From Curvularia clavata (lineage: Eukaryota): 64,000 nucleotides of DNA. The stretch lies in the NCBI GenBank assembly GCA_023920165.1, contig CP089275.1, positions 5,270,001 to 5,334,000 on the forward strand, written 5' to 3'. The translations under genes and the position numbers were made by a program. The notes under the pieces were generated by a model. It did not search any database. It was given only the letters and a program-made list of their open reading frames with translations, and was not told the DNA's origin. Of the stretch, positions 60,026-64,000 are shown piece after piece (positions within the stretch are counted from its first letter, which is position 1; each line of letters opens with the position of its first letter).

Positions 60026-61173
60026 TCATATAGAGCCCACTCGAGCTACGACACTGTCTATATCCTCTACATCCTTCCTAAGACCATTAATAATGCTCGT
60101 CCACACTCGATTCGAGCGCTGGATTGCTAGAGGATCCGAGCACCATTTCGCAGGCCTTTCATTTAATATGTAAGTTAAGCCTGGCAAATGCTAGAGGCAC
60201 GTTACTGACCTATCGATAGAGTCCCATTGCCAAAATTGACCGTGACCTTGCTCGCCAAGCATGAGCCCACTGATGTATGTCCTGGAGCCTTGTTCCGCTG
60301 TTTTCATCAACATTTGCATTCCTGAAAAGGCTAGTCGAAAGGCAAACGGTTGTTCACTCGTGTCCCTTCCAAGTCCAGATTGCGTTGGACCTGGACCAAC
60401 AACCACTACGAACGCACGGGGCTTCTTTGTGTTAGGGTCAGCAACTAGATTGACGAGCTGCCACTGCGCGTACATAAGGAAAAGTTTTGTCATGGAATAC
60501 TGCTGCATAAATCCAACTGAAGCAAATGATTCCTCGGAATTATAGACCTCAAGTGGATCCATCTTCGTGTCGTCGGTTCCAGCCAAGAGCTTTGATATAC
60601 GTTGATGTGTACCAGATCCCACCATCTCAAGAACTGGTGTGAAATCGTCGGTCTTGCTCGCCATCAAACGCGGTAGCAAAAGTAGTGCCAGGAAGGTGGT
60701 GGATAGCAGGTTGACTTGTATACCCTGTTCGTATCCATACCTTGACTTCTTGTACGTCTGAGGACTGACACCGGCGTTCAAGATGACGTAGTCCAAACTG
60801 CTAACCTCTTGACTGACGCGAGACGCGAATGCTTGTATCGAGCCGTAATCCAGCATGTCAAGTTGATAAACATCAATGACAGTATCGGGCCGCTTTGTTT
60901 GATCAAGAATCTCTTGTCTGGCTGCCAGACCTTTTTCTACAGATCGCACGCCAAGGACAACTCTTTTGGCCGAACAACGGACGAACTTCAACGCAGCCTC
61001 ATAACCTAACCCTGAATTCTAGGTTGATTTAGTCAGTTCAGCATTTCATGCAGTTGTTTCTCGGTTGAGAGTATTACTGCACCAGTGATGAGCAGAGTCC
61101 GTCCCGATAGATCTGGTTGCTTGTCAACCGGCGGCCAGATCTTACTCCCCAATAACTGGTATAGTAATGCCAT
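60026..61173 (-). CDS. Short-chain dehydrogenase/reductase (retinol-dehydrogenase-like)
   Basis: TGA|NSGLG Rossmann motif across intron 61019-61077, LNAG, catalytic YSMTK; second intron ~60156-60209. Confidence 0.9.
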
Positions 61174-61779
61174 GGTATCTGTCGAAGAGTGGGTAACCCG
61201 CACCCAGAGGACGGAAGGTAGCTTTAACAAGAAGGGTGTGCTGGTTCAAAGAAAAAAAGTTGCGCCGACGTCAAGCTAAATGTTTGGTGAAAAATCAAGG
61301 GCGACAAACTTTTTGCAAAGAATCCAGCACCAGGGTTCTCTTTAATATATTGGACCAAATGGACTATCACACCCGTTGCTGCGACTTTAATATTTTCTTT
61401 CGATGCACTGATGGCGACTTATACAAAATCAGCAATGGACCTACGGTGTCCGAGAGCTGGCAATGACAGCAGTAGCGTAACACGACGGACTTGGTAAAGG
61501 ATGGATAGGCTGGTCCATTTCGGACAACCATCCTCCGCGCATATGATTGTGATCTACGGACGAATAACGGCATAAACTCTGTGCGTAGCCATGTCGAGTG
61601 GCCGGATAAGAAGACGCTAATGAGCCGTGATAATGATTCCCGTGCTTGACATGATATTATTGTGCTTCATGAACACGGTATCTGAGAAAAGATTTTGGCT
61701 GCTGGTCTTCGGGATACTGACTATTCGTTGTGAATTGCTTTGGGAGAAGTCGTTGTGGTAAGAGGCCTGGGATCCTCGC

Positions 61780-62623
61780 GATCTGACTAACTTGCTGGCC
61801 CGCACGGGCGCTTCAACCTTACACAACTTTTGCTCGTACGAGCATTGTCCGACCGTCCGTAGTGAGACTGTTACAACCAAAATCAAACTTCTTACACTTA
61901 CAAGCCAACAAATAATTTAAAGGATCTAGACAAGATACCCACGCCGCAATAGTTTTAATTATGCTGTCTCTCTGAAGAAGCAGCTACAGAGCTCAACCGT
62001 ACTGTAACGAAGCTGGGATTCAGGGGTGCCATGACATGGAATCATCTCGTGGATGGGACGTACTACGATGCCGCACGCTTCGATCCGACTTTCGCCATGG
62101 CCCAAAAACCTGACGCACCGCTGTGCTTGCATCCTGCGCAGTCCACCGCAGCGCTCGGATTGAAGCTGTTTGTTGGGAACTACGGTTCAAACTCTGCTGG
62201 ACTGCAGGGGACCACCTCATGGGGTGGCATGTCGATGTTGGAACGCATGTTCTGTGGTTCTACGCTGCGGGGCTGTTTGACCAGTTTCCAAAGCGGAAGA
62301 TTATCATTGGGCATAACGGTGAGGGATTGCACATGTTTATTGATCGCATTGATGCAGCTGAGCTGCGCAATGATACCACCTTCAGCCGCATGTGGAATAC
62401 AAACATCTGGATCATGACAAGTGGCTTCTTTACTTTTAGAAATTTTGAACAGCTACGGCAGGTCAGCTCTATTGAGAGGATCATGTATTCAGTTGATTAT
62501 CTGTTTGCATCTACGACTACAGGCTGGGATTTTGTGACCAATTTGTTGCGGGTGCACATATTGAGTAAGAACGAGATGAATGTATTCGCTTATAAGAATG
62601 CGAAGGTACTGTTAACACTATGA
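61780..62623 (+). pseudogene. Frameshifted amidohydrolase-2 family (aromatic acid decarboxylase/ACMSD-like) gene
   Basis: EAATELNRTVTKLGFRGAM..NH..LCLHP in one frame; GWHVDVGTH..GLFDQFP..IIIGHNGEGL..TSG..MYSVDY in another; stops in the upstream part. Confidence 0.75.
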
Positions 62624-64000
62624 GCTGATAGCAGAAGTAATATTTGGAATACCATCAAGTTTCTTGATAGATTCACACTACTGATTCCAAATGGATACAT
62701 GAATTGTCACGTGAATTGAATATGAGATCCGGATGGCATCTCTCGAGCCCCTACTAGTCATCTCTTACTATAGAATACGAGCAAACTAAGTTCTAGCAAC
62801 AACTAAAAATTGGACGTTCATTTTCCGTCGTCCAGCGACTTGAATCAAACGCATTTCATATTAGGCTGATACATTTGTGATTACCAATCTTGACATGTAA
62901 CAGTAGAATCACTGGTGACTCTATGGAATCTAATACTCACCCTACTATAGATATTTGATCCATTTGGGGTCGCGTCCAATAGTGTAGCTAGCAGTTTGCA
63001 AACGCGGAAGGACTACCATATTTCTGCCAACACAACGCTTCCTCGTCACGTAGCAAATCAAGAGCTTGGTAGATCGAGTGACTCCATTTCTTTCAACAAC
63101 TATCTGGGAAGTGGTACCCAATATGGCTCTAGGGTTACAGTGGATTGGCTCTTTCTTCTAGGACGATGTTGCGCATTACTAGTGCGGTACGAATCTTGTT
63201 GACCAGAGGTTGATATTGCATGCCATTGTGCAACATCATTCACAGGACATTATTTCTCATTTCTTAATCTACGGACACGTTGCTATGATTTGGTTGTTCC
63301 CACAATTACATCCATTTGAGCACGGAACGGAACGGCACGAAATTCACAGCCGTCCCCCTCCCTCCCCTCCCTACGGTTGGCCACTATTCTCCACATACGG
63401 ATCGATCATTGCAAGATGCTCGAGGTAGATTCAGGCAGCAACTTTTTACATTGTGTTCGATTGTACATAAGTTGGGTACGGTTACGCTTGCAAGATCATT
63501 GCATCAAGCTAATAAGCATTTGGGAACACCTCTCCAGACCCTCCATCCTAAATTCGTTCAATTGATCTATCATTATCTCTCAAAATGTCTCTTAGCCTTC
63601 CAAACTCTGACCGCCCAATCAATGTTGGCAGGTTGTAACTGCCATATAGGAAGAGAAGAAAATCTAAGATAGCTTGTTGCGTCACAAAAGTTAAAGTAGA
63701 AAATAGGATGTTCCAATTGGATTACTCTACATACGCAAAAGCGATGCATAGTTATGAAGATCGTGACGAGCCGGCGCAATGTCTAATACAGTCGCATGAT
63801 GGCAGTCGACCAGCGCTGTGTGACTAGCCAGCCTAATGTGGATGGAGTTTTATCGTCCTGTACTCCACGAGTCTCAGATAATCGCAATTTCATAGCGATT
63901 TCTATGACAAATGTCGCAGCTTATGCAAGACCACAGAAGCAATGACTTCAGCTGAGTCAAAGCAACAAGCCACTGCAATGGCACTAAGGATACACTACCC

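Noticed and set aside
62700..64000. Short ORFs at the right end
   Set aside because: No recognisable motifs or exon structure; treated as intergenic.

Overview
Eukaryotic, intron-containing DNA from a filamentous ascomycete. GT-AG introns with CTRAC-like branch points and the gene repertoire suggest a Dothideomycete/Pleosporales fungus (inference). About 22 intact protein genes and 2 decayed genes are supportable. Housekeeping genes (cNMP/F-box/LRR protein, exosome RRP41, Rad26-like SNF2 ATPase, forkhead TF, cactin, XLF) are interleaved with accessory genes (P450, GH3, GH28 exo-polygalacturonase, secreted DJ-1/PfpI protein, ferric reductase, DUF1593, SDR). The most notable content is immune/allorecognition-type: a HET-NACHT-WD40 NLR with 9 highly conserved 126-bp WD repeats (17.0-21.1 kb), and a tail-to-tail intronless pair of a HET-ankyrin gene lacking an NTPase domain and a stand-alone HET gene (45.4-50.4 kb), with a probable RIP-mutated transposon end between them. 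Decayed FAD-monooxygenase and amidohydrolase genes and TpA-rich patches point to RIP-like erosion. No rRNA, tRNA, CRISPR or intact transposon was seen. Exon boundaries were read by eye and are approximate.
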